From the NCBI GenBank assembly GCA_002633005.1, contig NMRA01000440.1, positions 95,786-159,785 on the forward strand: a stretch of DNA of 64,000 nt, written 5' to 3'. The stretch's first letter is position 1; every line of letters begins with the position of its first letter. Under the pieces are notes generated by a model that saw only the letters and a program-made list of their open reading frames with translations, did no database searches and had not been told where the DNA came from. This document shows, piece by piece, positions 35,229-47,700 of the stretch. Made by a program: the position numbers and the translations under genes. The DNA is from Phoronis australis. Lineage: Eukaryota; Animalia; Phoronida.

Positions 35229-38200
35229 TGTGGATTTATGATACATAACTCTGCTGATGTTTACAATAATAACTGATTTAATGTAAGCTATAAAATAACC
35301 CTTCTACACATTATGAAGCAGTGGTAGACAAGGACACTGCGTATGTGCAGCAGTGAAAGTTAGTGTCTGGTCTGGAGACCATATGGGAGCGATTACCATT
35401 AATACCCCCATTTGGTCATAACTACGGCTCTCAAATGTCCATCTTTCGAGAGTGGTTTCGTGAAAATGTCAGCCAAATTGTCTCTGGTGTCCACATACTG
35501 AAAATCCATGCAACTGTTACTCTGTAGGAAATGGTAACGCACGGCAATGTGTTTTGTGTGTTGGTGCTGTTTTGGTGACTACTTGCTGAGGGCGATAGTT
35601 TCCCGATTATCACAGTAAATAATCGTAGTGTCTGGCTGAGGGATTTCGAAAGCAGAACACAAACATCGCTAATAGATCAGTTCCTTCATAGCTTCAGTGA
35701 GTGCCATGTACTCAGCTTCGCACGATGACAACATGACTGTCGGCTGTTTCCGGGTTTTCCAGGAGATTGACGCGATTCCGAGCATAAAAAAAACAGAAGT
35801 AGATCGACAGTTGTCGGCGTCTCCTGCCAAGTCCGAGTCGGAATATCCTGCTAACAGACCATCCGTTGTTCTGCAAATAATTGCTAACATTATGGTCCCT
35901 TTCAGGAATCGCAATACAAGCTTTATAGGGGTGCTAGTGTTGTTGAGGAACTGTGATAATTTTTACAATGCCCAAGAAATGTCCGGGTGTGTGGCATTCA
36001 CGAGGTAAACCAGACTTCCCACGGCTTGACAGTAGGGGAATCCTAATTCGAGAAACTGAGCGTTTTCCTCTTCTGACGATTTGAGAAGTATCGCACCAAT
36101 GTCCACAGGTGTCAGTGCAGGTTTGCACTTGTGCGTGTCAAAACGTTTGAGTGTCGTCTCAACAAAACGTTCTTGACTCTTCGTGTATGAGCCGTTGGAT
36201 AAGCGTTCGAAATCAATTACCAGGAACGAGTGTAGGGGTCCACGGTCATCCACTCGCAAGCGTTCACGTAGTTGTTCCTTCATATATGTGTAATGTGTTC
36301 CGTGTTGTCACTTGTCAAAAATATGTTGTTGACCCAAAACAAAACAAACACGGTGTCGTCGTTGACGTAGACGCATGGGTCGTTATCATTCACACGAAAT
36401 CCCGCGTGTTTGAGGAAATCAGTTAGGGTCATGTGCCAGTTGCGTCCCCTTTAAAGTAATCCTAGAGTGATTTCTTCAGGTGGCATGTGAGTTCGTGCCA
36501 GATTGATCATATTCGGGCAGCTGTTCGATGTAGATGTCTTTATCAATGGGTGTATTTAGGTACGCGCCCTTGACATCCATCTGGTGTAGCTCTAACTGTT
36601 CATTGGTGGCTTTTTATAGTAATCTGTGGATTGACGTGAGATGTGTCGTGGGTGACAATGTTTTGTCGAAGTCAACCCCTGAGATTTGTGAATATCCCTT
36701 CGCGACATAACGTGCTTTGTATTGCACGTCATTTGGGGTCTATCCTTGTTTTAGGGTGTAAACCCATCTGCTTTTCATTTCGGCTCTGCCTTCTGGCGGA
36801 TCAACAAGTTTGTATGCACCGTTTTCTTGCAAAGTTGCAATTTCAGTGTCCATCGCCATTTTCCATTTATCGCTATCACATGAGCTAATGACTTCTTCAA
36901 ATGTCTCAGGTATCATATGGATCGCTCTGTACGGATAGTCGACATTTGTTGACAGATACACATGATAATCTTCCAAATATTTCTCGACATAGTCACTTGT
37001 GTGCAGTTGACTTCTACTTGACATCTGGTGCGTGTACGAGTCTGTGCCTCGTGCCAGCTGTCAGTCGGTTCTCATGTATCGGCCTCTTTAGGCTTGATGT
37101 AGACTGCTTTCCTGTCATTTGAGTTATCGTTCATGATCACCATGAGTGACTGTTTGTCGAGAACTTGTACGAGTTCTGTACATGCGGCCCGGTTCTTTGC
37201 AACGAAATCCAGCCGGTTCGTCGTCGACAAAGGCGTTGTAATTCTCTTTGTCTTGTGTGTACAGGTAATTCAGGAATCGCGTTTCCCAAACTTTGAAGTC
37301 TGCAGCATTTCCACTGAAGTATAGATGACTCCTGGGCCCATAACCTGTACTTTTAGGATCTATAACTCTGCTAATGTTTAGGATAATAACTGGTTTAATA
37401 CAGGATATAACTTCTACACACTATGAATGTGACGGGTTGCAAGACCTATGATGCACAGATTTAGATTTGCAATATAAATCAACGAGTTTCACATTCATAA
37501 CTGGCTGGCCAGATGTCTGAACAGTTGTGGATTTGGTTTCAAGTTTTCTCATATCAGACAGTTTATTCTTTAGATCATGAGAGCAAAAAGATGGAGTACT
37601 GCCTGGATCCAAAAGTGCATTACACTTAACATTGCATTCACCCTCAGATATGCCAACACTTAGGGACAACTGACAATGCAACACAATAAGAAGACTTTTA
37701 TGTCATGTGAATGAATGAAGCAGCTGATTCATTAGGCCCATGACTAGAATATTCATTATCAGTAGCATTAGTAGCACCAGATTCAACAGTAAATGCTTCA
37801 TGTACAAGCTAATGATGCTTAGAGTTATAGACACATTGCTATCAAGACACAAGTTTCAAGACTGTTTTCTACACTGAGTTGATGCGTAATTGGAAAATGC
37901 TAGGCAGTTAAAGCACAATTTCTTACCTCTTACAAATGATTTCCTGTCCTTAGCACTCAATGAACTGGAACTCACCACAATCAATGAGTTTGTGTTTGTC
38001 GCTACATTTATAACAAGAAAGTTTATTTCTCTGACTCCGAATACTTCTTGTCTGGTCAGCCCCATAAACATCCGGTGACCTTGACCTGTGTGAGAGCTTG
38101 TATGGATTTGACACCCATAGTCAAATCGTAAAGTTAAATACATAATGAACTGGCAATGCAAAATGTGACAATCAATAAATTAGGGAATCCGTAACAATGA

Positions 38201-38291
38201 AACAATAGTTGAGAATAAACACACTGACTATATGCAGCTGTGATAGATAGCATCTGGTCTGGAAACCATTTGGGAGCGATTCTCATTAACA
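35229..38291 (-). mobile_element. Nested, internally deleted Copia element; LTRs 35229-35404 and 37346-38291 (the latter interrupted)
   Basis: Related but diverged LTRs; PBS GGTTATGGGCCCAG at 37332-37345; near-perfect 5-bp TSD tctca/tccca; RT/RH motifs SRWVY, THPDIS, GYSDSD and SSCEAEY. Confidence 0.8.
37428..38196 (-). mobile_element. Heavily deleted BEL/Pao-like element inserted in the Copia 5' LTR
   Basis: Ends tgtgacgg...ccgtaaca, 5-bp TSD atgaa (37423-37427, 38197-38201), KKLCFNCL knuckle and ALLDPGS protease-like motif. Confidence 0.7.
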
Positions 38292-39249
38292 TCCCACACT
38301 TAAAATCAATACCCAAAAAGTAAGCTGTTTCACCTAGGTCTTTTACTGCGAACCTATTAAAAAGTTTCTGCTTAACATTTTCCAGAACAGTTTCTTCTAA
38401 GGTCGCTACGATGTCATCGACCCATATGCGAATTAGGTCAGTCTTACCCTCTGAATCGCACCGGTAGATGCATGCCGGGTCAACCAAACTCCGTTTGAAT
38501 CCAATCAGATTGTTCGAGGTAAATCTCATAGTCAATAGGCCGGCATACAAATATGCTGTCTGTCTGTCATCTAATGAACAATCAGGTGTTTCTGAGCAGG
38601 TAACTGCATTAATATTCTTTATGATGTAGATATAACAGTTGGAGAGAATGTCTCAAAATAGTCTACACCTTCAACCTGACTACGTCCTTTGGCCACATAT
38701 CTCGCTTTATGTCGCCTCTCACCACCTCCATTTCCTTTAATCGCGTATACACACATTTTCCCCCCACTGGATTTTTACCTTCAGGCAATTTGTCAATATA
38801 AAAATTTCATTTTCCCGCACAGATTTCATCTCCTCATCCATGGCATTTTGCCAAGACTTAGCATCCCTGTCGTGTACTTATTGACGATGGCCTGTGATTC
38901 GTGTGTGCAGTTTTTCACGAGAAAATAAAGAATAACATGATTTTAATGGCGGAAACAGAACTGATATTTTATTTCCCAAGATGCCTTACAATATACAATG
39001 ATTACATGTTATCATAAAAGGTGGCGACACCTGCCGATGTTAGTTAACAATCACTACACTCTATTCTCTTTAATATGAAACTCAAATGAAATAATGTTCA
39101 AACATTCTTATCTCGAAAGCTAGGACTACAACAGTGGTTACATGAACAACAATGTACGCCAATAACTACACGTGTTCAATCAAACACTGAGGTGGTCTAG
39201 AATTTCTCGACAACCTTCTCAACATTAAGGAGGCAATGGTACCCTAGCT

Positions 39250-41960
39250 GGCATGTTGCTAGTCTGACTGATGGCGATTCTACGGAATTGGGTTCATGTG
39301 CTGGACTTTCAACTGGCACATCAACAAATGAATCACGTGTACATTCACAAACCAACTTATCACTGTAGAGGAATATGTAATTTCTCAGAGCTTAGATTCT
39401 GATCTGTTATATCATGACTTGGATTTTGTTTTAACAACCCAGCATTCTGTTTTCCTGCATTGTTTGAACAACTTAGCAGGTGATCTGCATGGCCAAATCT
39501 TGTATTGTATTCAACCTTAACTAAGTAAGTGTACGGTCCCTTACCACAAACAATCTTACTAGGAATAAACTTATAACTATACCATTTTGGAAAGTGTTTT
39601 TGACCAGAACTGAATGATTCACAGTAAATTCAGGAATCTTAACTCTACATCCATCCTTAGACTCTGCTTGCTTTGACTTTACTCTCAATGTGTGAATACA
39701 TATCAGGTTTCAACAAAGCCAAGCGTGTCTTTAATTGACATTTACAAAACAACTCTGGCGGGGATTTTCCCATTACTGAATAACAAGTTGCCCTTTACAT
39801 GAACAAGAAATTATCTAATTTCTCCACATCACTAACATACTTCTGATATTTAGTCAACATGTGCTTTCTCAATGCTCGCTTGCAAATTTGTACGCTATGT
39901 TCTGCTGCACCATTAGAACGAGGATGGTAACTAGGCATTAATGTATGCTTAATACCCGTGTGCATTAGTATTTAACACAATGATGCAAGGTAACTTCAAA
40001 AACACATTTACTCGCTTCTGTAATGGCTGATCCAGACCTCGGATATATGTGTGCCCCGACAATAGTAAGGTGACTTACACTAATGCAACAATTCTGAACT
40101 CAGCCTTGTTGCTGGGTTCATTAGCCTTCAAAATATAGCTCTGACCTTCTCATCGCCGACTTTGAAACCCTCAGAATTCATGACGTGACCCATAAAATTC
40201 ATGCAAGCTACTCTCAACCTCACACTTGAGATTATTTGGAGTCGTCCCATTTTCTGGTTATGTATGGATAACTACTTCAACTCTGTCGTCTAATTGTTCA
40301 TTGCTGTCAGCAACATCATGGATAACATCATGTATGTTGTGACCACCAAGGCAGCCCTTCAGCACCTGAGTGATGAGTTGGATAACATCATAGATGCTGT
40401 GGGAACCAAGGCAGCCCTTCAACACCTGAGTGATGACTTGCTGAAATTTGTCTTTGACCATCTTTGCTCCAAGTATGAGTCTTTTATATCTGTATAATGA
40501 GTGTGGCTCAGTGATGAAAGGCCGTATTGATGTCTAATTTACACATACATTTGTCCCCAGAACCCAGATAAGGTCACTTCTATTGTGAGAACTGGGTGTT
40601 TCTCCCAGTAAAATAGCGGTATTCGCCCTATGCATATCAAGACAGATTCTGAGGTCACCATTTGGTTTCATCTCACAAAAGGGTTTACCCAGGAAGTTTG
40701 GCTATCTACTCAGTCTATCACATCTGCTCTGTCTATCACATCTGCTCTGTCTATCACATCTACTCGGTCTACCACATCTGCTAGGTCTATCACATCTGCT
40801 CAGTCTATCACATCTGCTCTGTCTATCACATCTACTCGGTCTATCACATCTGCTCTGTCTATCACATCTNNNNNNNNNNNNNNNNNNNNNNNNNNNNTCT
40901 GCTCTCTATCACATCTGCTCTGTCTATCACATCTGCTCGGTCTATCACATCTGCTCGGTCTATCACATCTGCTCGGTCTATCACATCTGCTCTGTCTGTC
41001 ACATCTGCTCTGTCTGTCACATCTGCTCGGTCTATCACATCTGCTCGGTCTATCACATCTGCTCGGTCTATCACATCTAGATGTTTCAACTCTTCCAGCT
41101 TTTCATTTACTTTCAAATGCAAATGAAAGGGTATGCATCTATTCTTCATTACTGGTGGACTACTTTTGTCAATTAATGTTATGGAACTTCAGCTAGTAGT
41201 TGGCTATAGTTTTCCCAGTCCCCGAAATACTTTGGGATAGTTATCTCTCAGTTTACATATATATCGCTTCCAAACTCAGTGCAAGCATTCACTTGGTATC
41301 CTAGGGTACCATCTCTGAGAATGTCCAGCCCTTGAGAATTATTTCAACTAGGGAGTACTGGCTGGTCTTCACTTGGGACCACAAAGAAATCAACATGGAC
41401 AGACTTTCCAGTTAATTCTGTGAGTGGTTCTACCCAGGATCTCGAGTGGATCTTTGGACCCATAGGTGTGCAGATTACTTTTGCACTGATGAATGAACAA
41501 ATTATCATTGTTAGATTCCCTGGAGTCAGTGATCATGAAATCCTTGGATCCTTCCATTGTAACGTGGAAAAAGTCTTGGCGTTTACCATCGTTCAGGTTT
41601 CCCATATTTGAAACATGCAGTACCGTGGTTCGGCACCTGTGCTCTTAGTGATATGGCCTATATCTATTCGCAATGTAGTTGGCATGGTCTATATGTCTGG
41701 GTTCAGAATGCGAATTCTGTCAGTTTGGACAGAATCAACTTGTTACCACATCACTACTCTCTGTAAAGCTTGCTTTTTAAAGCTTTGTTAATGATAAACA
41801 ACATGACATGGTCAAAAGCCTGATTGATCACTTCATCACCCTCAAACTCACAATCTTTTACAGCAAATTTAAGTGAATGAATGATGTAAAAGATTGATGG
41901 TCAATAGTCAGTTTTTTTACCATTTTTTGTCTTTGCAAATTAGAGCAATTTGTTGACTCA
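39250..41960 (-). mobile_element. Highly degenerate Gypsy gag-pol remnant
   Basis: Minus-strand PSYHPRSNGAAE (integrase), FMGHVMNSEG (RT) and IPFHLHLKVNEKLEEL; ends approximate. Confidence 0.7.
40708..41078. repeat. 18-bp minisatellite (tctatcacatctgctc(t/g)g) spanning a gap
   Basis: Seen directly; encodes DVIDRA repeats on the minus strand. Confidence 0.9.
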
Positions 41961-41971
41961 TTGTATAGTTC

Positions 41972-42208
41972 TGGGTTCCGTTCCAAGAAAACTGACTTGG
42001 CTAATACAATCTTAAATTTCAGTAAATTTTAAGATAAAACTTAAAGTTGCCTGCAGTCCATTTCAAAAAGAGATCTTAAGTTTGACTTAAATTTGACTTA
42101 AGTTTTGTCTTAAGTTTGACTAATTTATCAGGTGTGAAAGTTCGGAAGTTGAGACAAATCGTGCTTATGTCAAATATGAACTTAAGTCAGTTTATTGGAA
42201 AGAGCCCG
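41972..42208. mobile_element. Small degenerate MITE with cttaag-rich interior
   Basis: Imperfect TIRs gggttccgttccaagaaaactgactt / aagtcagtttattggaaagagccc. Confidence 0.5.
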
Positions 42209-44333
42209 TTTCCCATTGCTAATATTCCTTATGCAGAAGAATTATAGTGGATGTGTTCACTGTTTGATGGTAATGACAGCACGTGGGGAGACAAGTCTGT
42301 TTGTTATGACTAAGAATGGTATACATGTGCATCATTGACGAAGGGAATCTTCATTTATCTGTTTGCAATTAATTGTTAGGAAAAGGTATTTTTAGGAAAA
42401 TTGGAAACCGACTTTGTGGTTTGGAAGTATTTAGTTTGAACTTGACATTGATGCTACAATTAAGTTGTTAATGTCAAGTTTCCACCATCTCATCTTTCCG
42501 AATGATGACCAGTCTGCTCTGCCAGTTTCAATTCAGTAGTGCCCCCTTGAGCCACTTGCTGTGAAACAGTTTTCTCCTAGTATCACCAGGTGGCAGCAGT
42601 GGTCAACAGTACCATGTTATCAGTCACCATTGCTTTGCATGTCTTCCAGAGTTCTTTTTGCTTGAGTGATGTGATCACAGAATTGTTCAGTTTATGATGG
42701 ATGATGGAAGTGAAGTCCTGGTCAAATCTTTGGTACTATTCTTACATTAATTTGAAACCTGAACATTGTGATGTTAAGAATGTGTATTCACATTGTGCTC
42801 TTTCTAGTTACATTATATTGCAATGTCAAAATATACATAAACTTTGTAACAGTTATTTATTCAAAAATAATTGTATTAAACCTTATTCATTGTTGTTCTC
42901 ATTTTAATTTATCTGCACCACATGTGCCCTTTCAAGTTGGCATTTTAAACAACATGAAAGTTTCCAAGCTCAGTAGACAACTCTATTAGTCTTATCTTTA
43001 CTGGGTGGTTGTAATGAATAGTCCCTCACTTTCAAAGCCTATCTTTAACGGTAACACCTGTAAATTTGGTTCCTACGGTATGTTGATAGCATCGCTCCAA
43101 GTCCACCAGTGCCATAAATTGCCAAATTAAATAAACTGTTAAGCGAGAATCGCCTTGTAATTCAAATGTCTGAGAACAACAACTTCTCGTTTTTTTATTT
43201 TGTCAAGGCTTTGCTAGGATTAGCTGGTCAGCCCATATCTAAAAAAAACGAAATCTCCACTCAAGGAAGCCTGTACAATGTGTTGAGAGGAGAAAGCAGT
43301 TTGTTATGCATTGGTGGTCTTTGTACAACAGCCCCACCTTGTGACCAGTGCCTATCTTATGCACCACGAAGCTAACATACCATAAGTATTATTAACAACA
43401 CGGTAATTAAATATATCATTTATTAAAAACTAACAAGTAAGGAGTACAAAATAGTAACATTTGCTCTCAGTTATAAAAATATGAACTGAACACTATTCAT
43501 ATCACAAAGTTTTCTATAACATATCTTCTTTCAAAATTAAGTAGGATTGTACATGCTCAAGTATAATATCAATGGTTAGTATTGCAACACTAAAGTGAAC
43601 ATTGAGCAGAACACTAGATAAGCTGTTTCATTCACAGACAAGGATTTGAAATTATGCTTGCATGATTGGATAACGCCAAAAAAATATACATCAAACCTTA
43701 AGAACTTAATTTTGATTCTTCACCAAAGGATTGCCTCCAGTAAAAGCATGCTGCCACTTAATAATGATTAAAGACATCAACACTCGCCATCACGTATTCA
43801 AAATGTAGTGTTAAAATCCCACACTTATTCTAATAAAAGGGACAACAGAAGCAAAATATAAATATGTTGAAGCAGTTCAACAGTCAACATACTTTGATAG
43901 TATTTCAACGGTTTTATATGAAACATGCGTAACATATTAATATTGTATATTGAAGATTGTCTAACAATCCTGTGACTGGATAAAAGTATTGCTTAAAAGT
44001 ATAATACTGATTCAAAACTAAAGCTTTTGTTCTAAAAGACAACAGAAAATTAAGACCGACTCAAGTCACTATGACTTAAGAAGATTTCTATGCCATATGT
44101 GAACACATTCAAAGAGAATAAGTGTAACTATTGGGCCTTGTTTTGTATATCAATATGCAGAACGTACATGGCAAACTCTACTCGCAAGTCAGCTTACAAC
44201 ATGGCCAATTTTTCAGGTTTGTTCAGAAAGTCGAGTATGGTTTCAAGGACATTGGTTACAAGCACTTGAAAAAATCAAAACGGAGAAAATAAATCTGTCT
44301 AATAATTGAAATGAAAAGGATTTGAAGACACTA

Positions 44334-44770
44334 TTACATCCACGCCTGATGTGATTTCCCGTCGTCTTCTGACGAGAAAGCATCATTGTCCACACCCAGT
44401 TCATCTAAACCATCCGGCTCTGTCAATCTGTGCCTGCCCTTTCCCCTACCACGAGACTTGGTTTTTCTTAATGTCTTCTTCGCCTCATTTCTAGTTTTGT
44501 TCTTGGCACCATCAGAATCTGAGCTGGAATCGCACAGGTACGCATAATTTGTGTACATGGTAGACTGTTGATCAGATGAGCTCTTGGGTCGGGCTTTAAC
44601 TAGTTTCGGACGCACATCGTGCTGTTCACTACTCGTCGTTGACACGTCACTGGGTGTGCGCACGGTCTCTCGTGCTGCCCTCTTTGTTCTGTCGTGATAT
44701 GCTGCCCCCTGTTGGTCAAGTTGTGTACTTCCTGTGACAGATTCGTCATCTTTGTTGGAACATATGTCAT
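44334..44770 (-). CDS. Polycystin-like terminal exon
   Basis: tttcag acceptor, open to the stop (...GKSHQAWM*); AATAAA on minus at 43419-43424. Confidence 0.75.
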
Positions 44771-47700
44771 CTGAAACAGCATGCCATACATAAAGTTATA
44801 ATCTAATTAAGTACAACAAATCTGTCAAGGAACTCCAGAGAAACAAAGGAAAACAGAACAAAATGAAATTGCCACTTGTAGGCACAGCGTCCGTTTCATC
44901 TGCCTGAAAGTCATCTGTTATCTTCATATAAATTCTCAAAGTCGTCTGCTATCTTCATATAAATTCACTTACTTAATTTAATACAGATCCTGCAGTGGGT
45001 TTTGGAGATACAACTATGGGCACAAAACAAAATAAAACTACCACTAGGAGGCGCCACAGTAGTCAGTCGCCATCATCCAACGTCCTCGAAACACTGAAAA
45101 CATACACACCAATTTTCAAAACCATCCCTAGAATGATTTGGTTGATCGAGGGGTGGATGCCGAAAACAAGATATGAAAACAGCAAAAATGGCCAACAGGT
45201 GGCGCAAAATACCTCAATTCCATCCAAAAACAGGATGATAGTGTCACCTCACCAATAGATGCCTATATTCAACATTTTATGAAAATCTGTTGAGGACCTT
45301 TGAAGATACAGACTGGTAAAGCTAAAAAAATAAAATTGCCACTAGGGGGCACAGCAGTAGTCAGATCCATCCAAAAGTCGTCATTGTCCATTGCCAACAT
45401 ATAAATACACTTGCTAAATTAAGTAAAGATCCTGCAAACGGTTTAATAGATACAGCCATGAATGCGCCACAGTAGTCAAACTCGGAAAATCATCATCAGC
45501 CGTCCACTTCATAGTAAAAACATACATGCCAATTTTATACAGAGTTAAACGTAAAAAGCTAAAATTGCCACTAGGGGGCACACCGGTAGTCGGATCCATC
45601 CGAAAGTTCACTCATCCCGTCCCATTCACAAAAGGAACACGTGCAAAATTTCCTGAACACAAGTTAGGGCATTTTGGCGATAGAGCAGCAGAGAAATTCC
45701 ACCAAAACACTTCTGGAAAGTGACTGCAATACAGTCCACCATATCACAGCACGAAGCAAAACTGTCATATACACTCCCTCTTTCGTCCATCAAGTCACAA
45801 TAACCTAAATCGCCTGCCTAGACTATGTAACAGTCAATGTCTTGCAAGCCATGACCAGCTGCATGACTATACAATATCATACCTTGTCCACCAGCTGGGT
45901 GTTCACCTCCCTTCAACTCAGTCATCATGAACACTTCACCATGCTCGTGTGAATAAGAGGGGTCTTGGTAACTTGAACCTATTGAAATGACCAACAACAT
46001 GTGACTCAATTTACATGCATGACTAATCAGTCAATTTTTTAGGGACAGAATAGTGCACTTTAGAACCATTGTATAAAGGGTCACATGTCATCTGTACACA
46101 TTAAAGTACCATCACACCTAAAGACCAGTTCAACAAATGATTAGCCAGAAAAAAAATCAGAAATACGGATACTCTTGATAAAAGAGGACTTGAGTGAAGT
46201 GCACATTAATAATGTTTAAATGTGATCTCTTTACTAAAGCATATTAGGTTACATAACAACAAAATGTGCAGCACGCAATCTAACACTAGTACAGTTGGTT
46301 ACCAGTTCAAACCCAAACATCCACACAAGTGACAAAACAAGTTAACTCGGCCTCCATCAGCTTGAAACACGTCCAGTAGTCACACAATGTTAGCTATATT
46401 ATGGTATTACCACAAAGTTGACAGATGAACATCGGTTAGTACCTAGATTAGAGACACGTGGAAAGTTAGAAGTCACCGTCGCCAGACAGGGGGAGCTATT
46501 ACCACTGTACGGGTCACCACCACTGTTTCCATAGCTACCAGAGCTGTTGCTATGGTACTCGGAGCTTGGCTTGTTCTCTTGCCTGTGCAGCTGCAACTGG
46601 CGGAAGATTTCCAACTCCAATGCCGACCTGCAATATACAATAGTGAGTGGACATCAACAAAAGATGTTATTCCAGATGACGGGAGACTTCGTACATAGGT
46701 CACCAACTCAAAAAAAGTATTGACAATAATCCATTGGTCTGGATCTCCCTCAAAGGAAACACTGTTGGACCAACCATTATTTCTACCAAATGTTTAGTCA
46801 ATGAACCACCCTATTTCCAGCCACAAAATACTGTGTGCCCAGTCGAACAAACTTTTCCAAGGATAAATGAAAAGTCACTTATTCGTCAAATCCAAAAATC
46901 ACATCTGAGTACGAAAAAAAAGGTAAATAGCTGCTTTAACATCACCATAGACTCTTTTCATCAGATTTCAGAATTCTGTTCTTCACCTAAAGATTAATGT
47001 AAGTTGTTACAGCTACATAAGCATCTCTATCGTCACTACTGACCACAGTTGTTTCTCCTTGTCTTCTGACAGTTTGCCCGCGCCTATACTGTCCAGGTGT
47101 ATCAACTGGGCCAGGTGAGGCTCATGTGAACAAAGGTTCTGCTCTATCTGTTGGATACGCTTCTCAAACCGTTCTTCATCAAACGGGCGCACCTAGAAGT
47201 GACACGCAGGTTACTATAACAACAAGAGCACGATACATTGGTTACTAAGACAACAAGAGAGGCAGAACACAGTAAAAGAACAACTGTAGAAAGAAACATG
47301 ATGTTAAAACTTGAGGACAGATAGTATCCTGTTGAAACTTGAGGACAGATAGTATCCTGTTGAAACTTGAGGACTGATAGACGTATCCTGTTGAAACTTG
47401 AGGACAGATAATACCCCGTTGAGTGGAGCAGCTAATTAATGACCGTATTACCGAAGTCACAACATAGTCGCAAGCAAACCTTACCTCTGAACCTCCGCTG
47501 GATATTCCATCATCACCGACCCCGTAAGTACCATCTGAGTCAGTATAGTAGCAAGGTGGCTTGTCAATAGGCTGGTTAGAACCAGTGATGGCATTCATCT
47601 TAAACAGCAACTCGTCCACTTGGTACTCAATTTCAGCCATTGTGAACTCCTGTGAACGAGCATCAATACAGTAACAGTACTTTAACGGCCTCGTCACACT

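Larger units (their letters stand above)
34883..38900 (-). mobile_element. Older Copia element (RT region) split by nested insertions; pieces at 34883-35228 and 38292-38900
   Basis: KARYVAKGRSQVEGVDY, IWVDD and DLGETAYFLGIDFK rejoin in frame with CENGLITMSQ, then YRKIVGSLIYAM.CTRPDIS and HVLWYIRGT once the insert is removed. Confidence 0.8.

Noticed and set aside
38292-38300. Polypurine tract implying tandem Copia units sharing an LTR
   Set aside because: The sequence is host RT coding sequence plus TSD; the frame rejoins at 35228, so this is nesting rather than a tandem array.
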